From Nemertoderma westbladi (taxonomy: Eukaryota > Animalia > Xenacoelomorpha), in NCBI GenBank assembly GCA_032718475.1, contig JAUCBJ010005949.1, forward strand, positions 1-64,000: a stretch of 64,000 bases of DNA. Reading direction: 5' to 3'. The notes beneath the pieces are model-generated. The model made no database searches, was not told where the DNA came from, and worked only from the letters and a program-made list of their open reading frames with translations. Of this stretch, positions 25,517-39,781 are shown one piece after another. A program made the translations under genes and the position numbers. Every line of letters starts with the position of its first letter. Positions within the stretch are counted from its first letter, which is position 1.

Positions 25517-28500
25517 TTAAGTTGGGGAGTCCCTAGATGTTTGTTGGATTAGGGAGGTGGTCGTGGGAAGAGTATCTTGTCTCCCATAGTTTCCGGAGAG
25601 TTCTCTGTCTCTTTCCAGTAAACATAAACGTCCCACCGGGCGATTGAGCTGCTGCGTCTCGAAGACAATTCCCGGTTTCTTGAAGTTACGTCGCATGACG
25701 ACGAGTTCTACCGATCGCACCAAACCGTCATCCGAGATGTGGGTCTCAATGATACGACCTGTCTGCCACCTCTTACGTGGGAGATCTACATCCACAATAA
25801 GAACCATGTCTCCAGCGCTGACGTTTTCTTGCTGCGCAAACCACTTAGTTCGAAGTTGTAGCGTGGGCAGATAATGTTTCTCGAAATGGTCAGCGAAACG
25901 ACGGGATAACAACTGCATGAGTTGCCAAGTTTGTCGGCAGTATTCGTCTCCGTCTGTGATTTCCGATTGTGGGAGCATGGCTACAGGTTTCTTCAGTAGG
26001 AAGTGCGCGGGTGTTAGCGCTTCCAGGGAATCGGGACTCGATGAGACTGGCATAAGCGGTCTCTCATTGAGATAGGCGGCGATTTCTTCCATTAACGTCC
26101 GCAAAAGTTCGTCGGTGAGATAAGCGCGGCAAGGCACTATAAAATGAAATGCTGTCTTCACGCTTCTTATTAATCTCTCCCAACTTCCTCCCCACCAAGG
26201 GGCGTCGGCGGCGTTGAAGGTCCAACTAGACGCAGTTACTCGTAGTTGGTCGTCCACCTGTCTTTGGTTCCAATCTTTGACGTAAGCTTTGATTTCATTG
26301 TTGGCACCAATGAAGTTTGTTCCCTTATCAGATCTCATCGTGTTACTAGTGCCAAAGCGAGCGATCTGTCGTCGTAAGCTTAATAGAAAGCTGTTGGTAG
26401 ATAAATCGTTCACCATATCGAGATGGATGGCTCTACAAGTCATACAAACAAAGATTACACACCATCTCTTGACTATAGTCCTAGCACGATATACTTCAAT
26501 AGGGCCAAATAAATCCACACCGGTATTAGTAAAGGGTGGTTCATAAAAGCTTACTCGTTCCCTAGGTAATTCTGCCTCTCTCTGTGTTAAAGGCCTACTG
26601 AATGCTTTCCTACAGGGTATACAGTTCCTAAGAACTTGGTTCAGAGCTCTACGGGGTTTATAAAAATAATAGCGAGTTCGAATTTCGCTAAGAACTCGTT
26701 CTCTACCAGCATGATAAAGTTTGCTGTGAACATCTACAATCATCTTGACTTGTATTTCAAGATTTCTAATGAGTATGGGGAACTTAGTATCAAAGGATAA
26801 TGGGGCATTCGTTAACCTTCCTCCAACACGTATCAACCCATCTATCATTGTGCTAGAGAAACGATCCCTTAAGCGCATCTGTGGATTTCTCAACAACAGG
26901 AAATACTTATCGGAATCTTCATAGCATTGTAAGAGTCTCAGCATCTGTTTGTTGGTTTCTTCATGCTCCTGATAACTGATCTTCTCCTTCAGAAACTTGT
27001 CGGGTACCTTATATTTGGGAATGTCTTTAATAACATGGACCTGCACTGATGTTATTGGAGCGGTATCACCCTTTGTTTTCATCCCAGAGTAGTGATGGTG
27101 AAAACATCTCTTTAAATATGTAACGGCCTTACAAAGCCGATTCCAAGAACTGTAGTGATGCATCGCTCTCTGCAGGAGAGGTGAGAGTCCTTGCGAGACG
27201 TCTGGTATACCAGATTTCCAATCCTTATCACGGATTTCCACAATGGGTTTATTTGTGGCTGTGGGTTTCTGATCCAAAGCGTCGTCTCCGGAAGTATGTA
27301 GTACAGACAGATCTACTGTGGGTTTGAATAACTTCGATTTACTCGCCTGAGTTTTAGGTTTGACTTTCTCCGCTCCCTTGGCCTGTCTAATTTCTGCTGT
27401 AGTAAGATGAGGAGGCCATTCTTCTTTTTCTTGGTAGAGGAAGTTGGGTCCACCTAACCAGTCTGGAGTATCTACCAGTTCTTGTGGAGTTGCTCCCCTG
27501 GAAGCGATGTCTGCTGGATTAATCGTTCCGGGGCAATGTCTCCATTGATCCATCGTCGTGCGACTGAGTATAATAGCTACTCTGTTGGTAACGAAGACGC
27601 TGAACTGACAGACTTCATTGGTTATATACTCCAACACGAGTAAAGCGTCGGTCCAATAGACAGTTTTCTCCAGGGGATAGTCGATCTGTTCTGTTACATT
27701 CCGGCCGATGGCTGTAGCGTATAGAGCCGCTTTTAACTCCGCTCGAGTAACTTTCAACTTGTTGTTTATCAATGCCTTAGAGGTAACCAAGGCGACTTTA
27801 ATTCCGTCCGGAGTTTCCACCCTTAGGTAGGCTACTATACCGATTCCCATATCGCTGGCGTCTCCAGACACATGGAGTTGATATGAATACGTAGGGAGAA
27901 CATGACCAAAATATGAACGGGAAATTATAAAGTTTTCGATGGCTGGTAGAGAATCTTCCCATTTCATCCACTTCTTTAATAATTCTCCCTTAAGTGGATC
28001 GTCCCATGAGTGGTTTTCAAGCCACATTTGTTGTACTAAACTCCGAGCAATTAATATAACTGGGCTAATAAATCCCAATGGATCGAAATAAGTGCTCAGG
28101 ATACTTAAACAAATCCGTTTAGTCCGAACTGGATTATCTCGCTGTTTTAATTGGAAAAACAGGATATCTCTTTCTGTGTCCCATTTCAAACCAAGGGTTT
28201 TAGTTTCTGGGAGATCATCCTTTATTAGATCTAGGTCTTTTGCTCCTCGATCTTCTACCGGGATCGACTCCAGAAACTCACGGGAGTTGCTGGTGAATTT
28301 AGTTAATCAAAATCCACCTCTTTTTAAGCACTCTACCGTTCCTTTAGCGACGTCAATGGCTTCTTCGACTGATGGAAGGGACTTTAGATTATCGTCCATG
28401 TAGATGTCTCGTTTGATATTGTCGATCACTTCTTTAGAGAAGGCGTCTCGGTTGTCATCCGCAGTGGTGCGCAACACGGAACAGGCGTTTGAAGGGCTCG

Positions 28501-31500
28501 AGATTATCCCAAAAGCCTGGATGGTCATCCAGTACTCCACCGGTTTCTGGTTGAGGTCTCCTTCAGGCCACCACAGAAATCGTAGGCTGTCTCGATCTCT
28601 ATCCAGTGCCTTGACTTGTAAGAACATGCCTTCTATATCTGAGGCGAAAGCAATGGAATATTGTCTTAATCTTAAAAGTATTCCCAACAAGGATTGGAGT
28701 AAGTTGGGTCCGGGTAACAATTCAGAATTAAGAGATTGGCCCATATAAAGGGCGGAACCGTCAAACACCACTCGTACTTCATGGGGTTTACCGGGTTTGG
28801 GAACGTAATGGTGAGTTAAGTAATACGTTCTCTCAGTTATAGGGGTTTCTTCCGGTTCTAGCTCCGCATATCCCTTGCTAATAAACTTCTTCAACTGCGT
28901 TTGATACATTTCTTTAGCTGAAGAATTTGCCGTAAGGCGTCGATGTAGTTGAGCAATTCTTTTCTCTGCCAAAGGTCTGTTGTTAATGAACTTTGGTTCT
29001 CGCTTTCGGAAAGGAAGACCGATCTCATATCTGCCTTGATCTTTAAGAAAACGAGTAGTTGTCGCTTGGATCTGCTTGGCTCTTTCTTCCTCCACCGATA
29101 GGGTCTTATCGTAGGAGTTGGGCTCTACGACCTCTTGAGTAAAGAATCTCACGGCGTGTTCAACCCGAGTCTTGGCATTATAACGTTCAATGACGTCATT
29201 AAGCTCGTCGTTATAGTCGTCTCGCTCGGATGGGAGAAGGAGTTGACATAAGTTCACTTGATTTTGCCAAGTCTCGCTTTCCTCAAGGAGATCGATGGCA
29301 TTCACCTCATCGAAGAGTTGATGTATATCGTCGTTGTCTGAGGAGTATGGAGTTCCCTCAGTTGGATCGTCGAACTCACTGTTCTCAACTTCCCATTCTC
29401 GCACTTGATATACCTGATCTTTCGGTAATCTTTCCATGAGAGTTCTACGGGAAGGGCCAGTAAAGTACCAACCTACTCTAGTTCTTCCCGCATAAACTTG
29501 TAGAGGTTGCGGTTGAGCAGGTCGTTTCTCCAATGTCTCAAGCGCCTCATGCGCGTTTTGGCCGATGAGTATTTGCACTCCAGGATAATCAGTCTGGAAT
29601 CGAGGTATCTTAAGATGTTGGATGCTCTCATCCTCGTCCCAATTATAAAGGTCTGCTTGAGTAGTAGCGAAGTTCTTTATAGCTAACATTTTCACTGACC
29701 TTATGCTATGTTCTCCTAGTTCGTCCTGGGGGGTGGACAACGCACCTACATAATAATCCGCGGTTACTGTGGATTTCCAAACTTGCATAATTCCTGACAT
29801 GTTTAGCTTAGTTCGGAACTTGGGTTGTCCAGCGAATATGTCTTCGGCTAGCTCTTTGTCGATGAATGTTCCTGTACTACCGGAGTCAAGGAGGGCGTTC
29901 ACTACATAACTCCTTTTTGGTCCGTGGACCCTTACCTGTACCACAGGAAATTCTCTAATCCCTACATTGGAAGTTGGCGCTTTCCAAGATGGTTGTCGAT
30001 CAGAAGTAGTTAGAGCGAGGTCAATGTCTGTATCTTTTTCATAAATGAGTGCTCGATACACTGTGGTATTTATCATGTAACAGGATTCGTTTTCGTCGGA
30101 GAACTCGTCCGTATAGAATCCTTCCATCTCAGATTGATCAGTGTCGTTCACATCACTGAATTGGACATGTAGTTCGGAATCACTTACCTGACTCGGACTA
30201 TTTCGCTCGAATTCAGTGTGCAACAAGATATGATGTTTCGCACCGCACTTGGCACATCTTGTGTCAGAGTAACAGGTTCGCCGTTGGTGTCCATGTCTGA
30301 GGCAATTATAACACAACCGCTTATCCCACATGACTTCACGTCTCTCAGTTAATGATTTCTTTAGAAATTCATCACACATATTTAAGCGATGGGTCCCATC
30401 ACATAGCGCACATTTCGGTTTGATGTTACTTACTTTACTCTGAGTAACATTGTGTACACTTGTCTTTTCTTCGGGCTTTCTCACCTGACTTCTCTTGGGA
30501 GACGTAGGAGGAGTTTTTCTTACCTGTTCTCTCCTGTCATTGGTTCGAGACTTGAATTTACTTACCTGATCTTTAGGCATTTTATTGACATAATAAGATC
30601 TGTCAGTGTCTTTCCCGCTATCTTCTCCTTGAGAAGTCTGGCTTTCGCCGTCATCTGTATAACACACTGGTGTTACCTTTCTCCTAGAGACGGGTTTTTC
30701 ACTTACCTTGTTTTCCGGTGTCTTCTCTCTGGACAGTTTCAGGAGCTGTAATTTCACTTCTCCATCTAGGAATGACATGAGATCAGCCATGGTAGGGTCT
30801 CGTCGTTGTTGTTCCATCATATATAACACTTTCTTATCCCAGCGTGTACCTACTCCACCCTTCGGTAAAGTAGAAGCCACTGCTCTAATAACCATAGCAC
30901 TCTGATACTCATGAGACTTACCTAGCCAATCTAATTGTCTGCAGATCTCCTGAATCTCATCGGAAAACTCTATAATCCCGCTGCTAATAAACTTTCGGGG
31001 CGCTACTAACTTTGCATACAAATACCCAGCTATGTTATTCCTATTACCATACCTGATGTTTAGTGTATCCCAAACTTGTCTTAATCCGTCTGGATGTCCA
31101 ATAAACTTTAACGCCATTAACTTGGGAGATCCTTCCAAGCACTCGATGAGGAATCTAAGTTTCTCTCCATTAGATAGCACAGAGTTCTGTATGTTATCTT
31201 TGTAATATTCATTAAAAGGTAACCATTTCATCTCATCTCCATTGAACTTGACGATCTCTCCCACCTTTACCGCTTGCCGGGCTTCGGTTCTAGCCATTTG
31301 ACGCGTAAAACTTTCTTGGGCCATCGTGTTATTTAATATCGAGTTATCGGTATATAAATTTCTCGGATTATGATCCGGTCTATAGGGAATATCATTATCA
31401 ACAGGTCTATAATTACCCTTAATAGGGTTCACTATAGGAGTTTCTACTTTGCTAGCAGTATAGATGCGTGTAGGCTCCACACCTTGCGCATGAGATACTT

Positions 31501-34500
31501 CAGACCTAACAGGTTGACACATTGTTACCGGGGGTGTTGGTATACCCTTTTGTGTATTTACTAATTTATCGCATTCTAGCGCGATACTTTGCTGCACTTC
31601 TTGCAACTCTAATCTGCTTTCCCTTACTGTGCCCTTGAATTGCTGAACGGTCTCCTGCATCTGTCCGAGCAGGAGATCCATCCCCCGTCGTCTCTCATCC
31701 ACCCATTCAACCGCCGAAGCGGGATTCGCCAACGTTGTAGCGGGCGGACGAGGGACAACGGGCGACAAATCTTGAATATTTCGCTCGGAGTCCAGGGCAT
31801 GAACTGTTTCATGGGCTGTTCTGCTGGGCACAGGTAGCTTAGTGCTGTGCAAAGGGAATTGAGAAGTAGGTTCAGGGAGTACAGGTGTCTCTACGACCGA
31901 AAGGGTGGCTTCGGGAACAGGCCTAATTATTTCAGGCTCATCTACTATAGTAGGGAGTCTTTCTATTGTGATTATTTGGTCTGTGGGTTCTGTACTACCT
32001 AAGTTGGTGTTATTTAGTTGCCTTCGAACAGCTGGAGGCAAATCAAGCAATTTCTGATGGTGGGACATTCTTTTGCGTCTGCTTAGGCGAGATCGATTTC
32101 CTCCGCAATCAGTGTCGGTGGTATCGCCTTCCTCAGATGATGTATAACCTTGTCTTTTGGGAGTAGATCGATTCATCATCTGCATATTACTAGCTGTTAA
32201 CTGTTTATTAACGTTGTCTTGTCTCTCTTGAAGATTTTCCAACTCTAGTTGGGTTGTCTCTTCAGATGCCCTCCGTTCTGCTTCTGCCACTGCTATTTTT
32301 CTTTCCGCTTCGGCCGCCTTTCTTTCCGCTTCTGCTGCTTTTCTTTCCGCTTCTGCCGCTGCCACTTTTCTTTCCGCTTCTGCCGCTTTTCTTTCCGCTT
32401 CTGCCGCTGCCACTGCCGCTGCTGCTGTCTTTCTATCTTCTATACGTTTTTTCTTCACCCTTTCTTCTTGGTCCCTAGCGATGCGGAGTTGTTCATCGAA
32501 TTTAGCTTGGTTCGCCGCTAACCTATCCACATCAATTGCGTCCAACACACGCTGGGCTCCTTCACTATTAGGGCTAAGTCCATCTAGCCTTCTCCTCAAC
32601 TCTTCATCTCCCAAAAAACGCTGATAGTCTGACAGATAGATATCAATGGCATCTCTCTTATGCGGTTTCTCTGCCGTCGCTTCACTTTCCACTTGGGAAA
32701 AAGTAGCGTCTGTTGATTCTCCATGGGTTGAGCGCTCCTCCAGCTGAGCTTTCCACTGAGCTGTTCCTTGAACCTGGAGACTCATCCGTTGAAACCAAGT
32801 CTTTACGGCAACTTGCAACGACGTGTCTTGTCTTCTTTTAGAAGCCTCTTCAAAGGCTGATAATATTAGCCTGATTCGCAGAATTCTTTCTCTAACTTGA
32901 TAAAGCAGTTGTCCCTGCTCTTGAGGTCCTTGAGGTTGTTGGAACAGTTGTTCTTTTACTCGCTCCATAGAGCTTAAGAATCCCTGTGCGTATCCGGCTG
33001 CGGACCTCTTCCACATAGCTGGATCGATGGTTTCCTTGGCTACTCCCATCCGGTGTATGTCTTCCCAGGCAGCTTCTGATAAATCAAACGGGAGTCCGGG
33101 TCCGGGGAAGTTCCATTGCGACTCGACCATAGACTTCAGTTCTTCCCTTGTGTATCCTTCATAACTATCTTTAGTTGATCGCTTACTTCTCGCCCAATCG
33201 ATCTGGTGTTCTTCCACCGCGATCAATAACCTAGTGAGTAGGGCTCGATCGGAGTTTTTATTTTGCCGGAGCCGGAGCCGGAACCAGAGTGGAAAAAAAA
33301 TTGCCGGAGTTTGACTGGAGCCGGAGTTTCTTTCCCTATGTGTATTTTCCCTATATCCGGGCCGGGTCGCCATCGTTAGTACTCATATCCGGGTCGCCGT
33401 CGTCGGTACTCATATCCGGGTCGCCGTCGTCGGTACTCATACAGTCATATCCGGGTCGCCGTCGTCGGTACTCATATCCGGGCACCGGGTCGCCGTCGTT
33501 GGTACTTACATCCTGGTCGCGGACAGAACTCCTTGCATCATTCTCAGTCCGTTCCCCTTCCAGAATTATAGTACATATAGCCTGATAGCTGTATAGTAGT
33601 ACAGTCAGACAGTAGCTTGAGGTGCGGGATTGTCAGACTGTGTATTCAAGCTGTCAGGTAGGCCTACCGCTACCAGTACAGCAGTTCCGGAATTAGATTA
33701 AGTCAGTGAGTATGAGTACAGAAGTCAGGAAGTAGTACCGGTACTACTGTACTGCTGTAGTACTACCAGTACCAGCCTGCCAGTAAATCTAAGTTATTTA
33801 GTATTACACTGCTCTACCAGTCTACTGTAGTACAGTAGTATAGTAATACTGTAATAATAGTAGTATCAAAGTAGTACAGTCAGACCTGACAGTACTGCAG
33901 TACTACTGGTACTGGACAGCTGGAGTAGGCTATTCAGCTATTGGAGTACCGTACACTGGAATATACTGCTGCCATATGCCTATCTGCCTATACTAGCCTA
34001 TATATTATGTACATTAATATAAAACATACAATATTAAAAAAACTCCGGCTCCGGTGATTTTTCTAACTCGCTCCGGTTCGGAGCCGGATGTATGAAACTC
34101 CGGCCGGAGCCGGAGCCGGAGCCGGAACTCCGATCGAGCCCTACTAGTGAGTACGGCTGCAGGAAGGATGAGAAGGGGATCCGAATAAACTGCATCCGTC
34201 ATCTTTGCTCCGCGCTCGGGTGTCAGCTCTACAGTATCCTCACTACTGGAGCTGTTGGGCCGCTGAGAAATAAGTTCTTGGCTCGCGGGTGGTTGCTGTT
34301 CCGCTGCTTCTTGGTCCCGCTTGACCTGAGCTCGAGTGCCTATGATAGACCTACGGTGTTGGACCAGCCTAGGTTCTGTTATTACTACTGGAGGGATGAC
34401 CTTCCTCACAGTGGGAGGTGAACTGAACTTAGGTGTAGACGGTTCTACACCCTTATCTGAGTCGCAGATAGTTACATCTAATAAACTGTCTGACAGGTTC

Positions 34501-34517
34501 TGCTTAGTATCAGACAT
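25517..34517 (-). pseudogene. BEL/Pao gag-pol polyprotein (~2700 codons), disrupted by a hAT MITE and an in-frame TGA at 28307-28309
   Basis: ATG at 34517 (MSDTKQNLS); Gag VKFNGDEMKWLPF; Zn knuckles CALCDGTHRLNMC, CYNCLRHGHQRRTC, CAKCGAKHH; protease LLDSGS; RT YMDD; RNase H HVSGDAS; integrase HSKLYH..CIPC, GVDLFGP, SDKGTNF, WERLI. The ORFs 28307-33373 and 25517-28189 share a frame. Confidence 0.93.
33239..34143. mobile_element. Non-autonomous hAT element (MITE), 905 bp
   Basis: TIRs TAGGGCTCGATCGGAGTT / AACTCCGATCGAGCCCTA; 8-bp TSD CTAGTGAG at 33231-33238 and 34144-34151; GCCGGA subterminal repeats; internal ~27-bp repeats. Confidence 0.93.
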
Positions 34518-36683
34518 GCTTGTTTGCACAGTTGAATGCTTACTGCTATATTACAGTCTAAGCAAGTCTAGTAATTCAGTATCAACTGCTAGCCTAGTAA
34601 TTAATTACCGATACTGCTACTCAGTGTAGCATGATATATATATAATGTTAGAATACCGGTATGCTTATGGTATATATAAGTATTATTACAGACTAGGTTT
34701 TTCACAGAAACCGGTATATAATTTTAGCACTAATATATAAAAATATATAATAGGCCTATCGTGGATACCGGTATGCAGTTTACACTTATAGTATATATAT
34801 ATAAGTATAATTACAGACTAGAATTAATTACAGAGTACCGGTATGATTTCAACCTAAAATTTATAGAAATAAATATAATAAGCCTATTGTAAATACCGGT
34901 ATGTCAATTATTTTAAATAATTGAATTTCTGAATTTTAAGAGTTACTTGGTTACTTTAACTTACTTTATTACCGTTATTTAAGCAGTAGTCCAACTGATA
35001 TTGAGACCTAATTGTTATAAGGCAGGCCTACTATTTATAAATCGTTTGAGTTGATTTATAATATATATATACCCGTTTAATGGGTTTTGTCAATGTTTGA
35101 AATAAATGTTATTATTTCTGGGGGAGTCACTACACAGAAGCTGTGTGCTCTCAGTGGAGTGCTACTTGTTGGACACTAAAACAAATAATTCTAATTTACC
35201 TAAGTTACTTAATACTACAAATTACGTACAATTCGGGTTGAGATTACAATCTCTAAATAAACACAAAAATTTAATTACAAATACACAAATACGAATTTTT
35301 TAGGGTAATTTTACAAGAAGTCTACTAACCAGCCTAACAAAGGGTTAGAATATCTGGTTATTACAACGGACAGGTTACTACGGTATTTGAAAATAATAAG
35401 TAGTAGTAAATATACTGCGTTGTCCAGATAGGAAAATACCACCGTCTGACGACCTATAACCGTATCGCTATAGGTACTACGTTATGTATCACGGAGTGTC
35501 CCTACCTAGAAGTTAATTACCGCGGTCTACCAGAACCAACGTGCCTATTAACCACTTTACAACACAAATACACTGCCTACACACTAATCACCTTCGGAAA
35601 GTACTGTACACTAAATCCTAAATTAGGTACAAGTACTTGTACAACAAATAATCAGTAGTTAAAAATACTTGAACAGCCAAAAGAACCACGGTATCTGCCG
35701 GAGTGACCAAAGCATAAAATCTCCAGTCTTTACCTACGCCGAGCAGCCCTGATGTAGTACCGGGGTTAGTTTAACTATAACGGTATGTATAACAAACACA
35801 AATACTGTAGGAATAAACTTGGGGAATGAGTGTTGCGAATAATCGCATAAACTCTGAATAATAAATATTACGCTACGCGTACAAACTACTCAAACAAAAT
35901 GCAGACCAAATACTGACAGACTACTATCATGTTTAAACAAACTACGGTATATGCAGACTCCAAAATGATTAGTTAGTATGCGTTCTAACCCAGTAGTACG
36001 ACTTATTCTTTCACAGGGGGTTTACCTCACAGCACTTGAAGCCCCTACGTTCCCAACTAGCACTTTTTCGGACAGATGCTCTACACACACCGAAATTTCC
36101 TCAAACCCAACAACAGCCAGACAACTATCCAGCCTACAAATTATCTAAATAAAATTATACGCTACCCGTACAGACTACACAAACAAAGTACAGACCAAAC
36201 GCTGGCAGACTACTATCAAGCCTAAATAAACTACAGTATACGCAGACTCCGAAATGGTTAAGTAGTATGCGTTCTAACCCAGTAGTATGACTTATTCTTT
36301 AGATGGGGGTTTACCTTACAGCTATGGCTGCCCCTACTTCCTAACCGTTCTTTATCGGACATACACTCTACATGCACTGCAATCCGTTCAGACCTAATCA
36401 ACAGTTAGCCAACAGTCAAGCCTACAAATTATCTGTACAATCTGAGCAGGCTTACACGCCTTCTGCTCAATACTGGCCTACAAATAAATAAAACTGACAG
36501 AAATAAGTAAGCTCCAAAAGAAACAAGGGGTGTACAGTCCCTAATCTCTTAAACAGCCTACCGGTATACAATACCACAATCGAATAATACTGTTGTACCT
36601 GTACTACTGTAGGTACCAGTCCGGATGATCAGGCAGTCAGGCCTACTGGTCACCGGTCGACCGGTACTTTCGATTAGATTGCT

Positions 36684-36995
36684 TACACCGCAATCTAGAA
36701 GCTATATCTGTTATTGTTTTTACCAAAACAATATTAAACTGTATTTGTTGCCTACACCGCAATCAGAACCGAATATCTGTTATTGTTTTTACCAAAACAA
36801 TATTAAACTGTATTTATTGCCTACACCGCAATCAGAACCGAATATCTGTTATTGTTTTTACCAAAACAATATTAAACTGTATTTATTGCCTACACCGCAA
36901 TCAGAACCGAATATCTGTTATTGTTTTTACCAAAACAATATTAAACTGTATTTATTGCCTACACCGCAATCAGAACTGTATATCTGTTATTGTTT
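36684..36995. repeat. 69-bp tandem repeat (~4.5 copies) in the BEL 5' leader
   Basis: TACACCGCAATC recurs at 36684, 36753, 36822, 36891 and 36960. Confidence 0.9.
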
Positions 36996-37772
36996 GCGCT
37001 TTTAAGACCTTTGACAGTTTAACCTGCCAAATTAGGATGTCTTTTGGAAGATATCTAGTCTTTAGCCTATGACGAGTATTTGATACACTACATTAGCCGA
37101 AGTCAGTCTATGCGCAATCATTCACCCGCTGGATATACCCGGGAGACAGAATTCGGAAGCTTAATGATTGATGGTGTAAGCCTACCATATTATTCGACTG
37201 ATCGTAATATATAATCTCTGACAAATATTATTCACTTTCGGGAAATATTAACAGTTCCTTTAGGACGTGGCGCTCTAAATATGTAAACAGAGTTATGACT
37301 TAAACTAGACACAACGAAAAGGCTATAGATTCACGTATATGGCGCATTCTTTAGGAGATGCTTTGTTATCAGTTACACTCATACACAATGCTGCACAATA
37401 CTGCACACTAATCTGCCGACCTTCACTAAATTTGGTCACGTATAAAGAGAGCAACATACAATTTATGTCGGGCATATGAAATAGCATTAGATTCACTTCA
37501 AACCACTTAACATAGGTCGCAATCGTTTATCTGTAACCGGTCTCTCTAACCTTTAGTATATCAAGAAGATTGGGATGTCGGACTATTGATCAGTATTCCG
37601 ATATAATATTTCATCAACAAATATAATGAACAACCGACAGCAAAAGCAGTAATATTAGTAATTTATGGATAGTGAATGAGTAAGTAAGTAGGTAGGATAA
37701 CAGATATACGTTCTATAATTAAGCCTACTAATGTAAGACTAAAGACTGAAACACGGAGGTGCCAAAAGCCGG

Positions 37773-38625
37773 TGTTCTTAGGCTCTGGGCAAAAACATAA
37801 CACTGAACTACTGAGTTCTGTATCCACCTCCAACACAGAGACAAAAACGCTCTGATTGGTCAACCGAACAACGAGAGAACAAAGAAACAAAGAAATGTCA
37901 ACGTGGCAATATCAGCTGTTAGCCGTCGTCATGGTAGCGACACTGTTTTCAAGAGTATCGAGCTTATTGCGTCCCGAAATTGCGGATTATGTCCTCTAAA
38001 GTACAAATACAGAAGAAATGGCTTTTATGTCCTCTAAAACACCAGTACAGTAAGGACACGGCCTTTTTATGCCCAGTAAACCAACTACAGAGTACTTTAC
38101 GGGGAAAATAACCGGCTAATTACGCAAAAGCTTTTACAAAAACTTTTCAGGAAAACAAAGAGACAATGATTGGGAATGTGGTGAACGGGGGCTATTATAG
38201 AGGGGGCTAGAATGGGTTAGCCAATCAGGGAACAGGAGGGAGAAAAGATTGTATAATTAAACCAATCAGAGAGCAGCTTTGATGACGTCACATCAGGCGA
38301 GATAATGATTGCCCAATGTTATTCAATGGTAGACAGAGTGGCGCCATTGAATAACGAAGACAAAGGGGCCGCGAGAGGAAAGATTATAAAGTTAACGATA
38401 AGGGATCTATAAACCATAGAGCTAAATATAGACATTATGTCATAGTGATCTCATTGGTAATATAAAAACTAATTAATCTAAAAATAGAAATCAATGTATA
38501 AAGTAAAAGTAATATAATTAATTTAAAATTAAGTACAGCAAGGACACGGCCCTTTTATGCCTGGCAAACCAACTACAGAGTACTTTAAGGGAAAATAACC
38601 GGTTAATTACGCAAAAGCTTTTACA
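37773..38625 (-). repeat. Candidate 5' LTR of BEL copy 1
   Basis: Minus strand begins TGTAAAAGCTTTTGCG at 38625 and again at 38138; contains TGACGTCA, CCAAT boxes and a TATA-like motif; ends ...AAGAACA, followed by a PBS-like TGGCACCTCCGTG. Confidence 0.5.
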
Positions 38626-38710
38626 CAATGTGATTTAACTGTTAATGTGCTCTCAATTTTATTGATCGTATTGTCGCCTAGTCTGAATTAAACAGTATTA
38701 TGCAGTATTA

Positions 38711-39482
38711 ATTCTAATGTACCGCTATGCGAAGGACTCCATTGTAAACCGGATGGTTATGGGCGCACGACCTTCACAGATATTGGGAACGCTGATTTCA
38801 TTGCGGCCTGCTTCGACCTCCAATCGCTGACATTGCAGGATAAACTGAAACGAATAAAGGAATTTTATGCCATAATTTAGTCGTATTTTAATCGGTTTTA
38901 GATCGATTTTTACTGCTTTTTTAGCCAGATCATTTTATTCGGAATATTCAATAACTTTAATTCAATTGTTTCTATTCATTTGTTTGCCATTTTATATCAT
39001 ATCATTGAAGGACGTATTTTAATGTAGTCAAGCTAGTTTCCATACCAATACCAAACTGGAGGTCACCAGAGGTAACATAATGTCATAGCGGCCTTCTCAA
39101 TTAATTTGTGCCCCTTTTTATTTATATAGCCCTTTGAGATTCTTGTTCCCTTTTTATTTATTGTTGAGTTGGGTCGCAAATGTGATTATTACAGTAGGCA
39201 TGTGGCTCGTGGTAGCGGTACCCACATCATTAGTTGCACTATAAACCGTGTCTATAGAGCAGAAACATCGAGATGGATCTCACATCAGGTTAACCTCCAT
39301 TTAACGCGCTAATCGAATTATGAATAATACAAAATGTTAACCTTTTTTTCACTACATTAATAGCACGCTCTATGTCGTGATTAATCTACTTTTTTTCATT
39401 GTGAATTAATTGTAAATGTATGTTGTAAATTTTATTGATCGTATTGTCGGCTAGTCCGAATTAAAGAGTATAATAATAATAT
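38711..39482 (+). mobile_element. 5'-truncated copy of the RTEX-like LINE (end of ORF2, 3' UTR and (TAA)n tail)
   Basis: Near-identical to 45338-45725; ends GAATTAAAGAGTATAATAATAAT. Confidence 0.88.
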
Positions 39483-39781
39483 TATCACTTACATATTGTA
39501 TGCTATATGTTGTGTGCAACTGAACTGAACGGTACAACTGAACTCCTGGAACTGCACAACTGTACAACTGTACAACTATACAACTATACAACTGTACAAC
39601 TGAACTCCTGAACTTTTGGATTGATATATCGGTATCGGCACCGGTTCTCCGAGTTGCCCCGTCCAGCCATTACCCCCTCCACCGACCAAGCTCACTCCAA
39701 AGAACAAGGAAAACAAAGAAACGACCAAACCCAACAAAATTCATTACTATTCCGGAAAATAAAGGATAACCAAAAGCGAGG

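Larger units (their letters stand above)
24152..38625 (-). mobile_element. BEL/Pao LTR retrotransposon, copy 1 (near full length; 3' boundary uncertain)
   Basis: Gag-PR-RT-RH-IN order in one frame; the 5' leader is shared, inverted, with 57563-61096. Confidence 0.88.

Noticed and set aside
25644-32521. Short + strand ORFs
   Set aside because: Antisense shadows of the BEL gag-pol.
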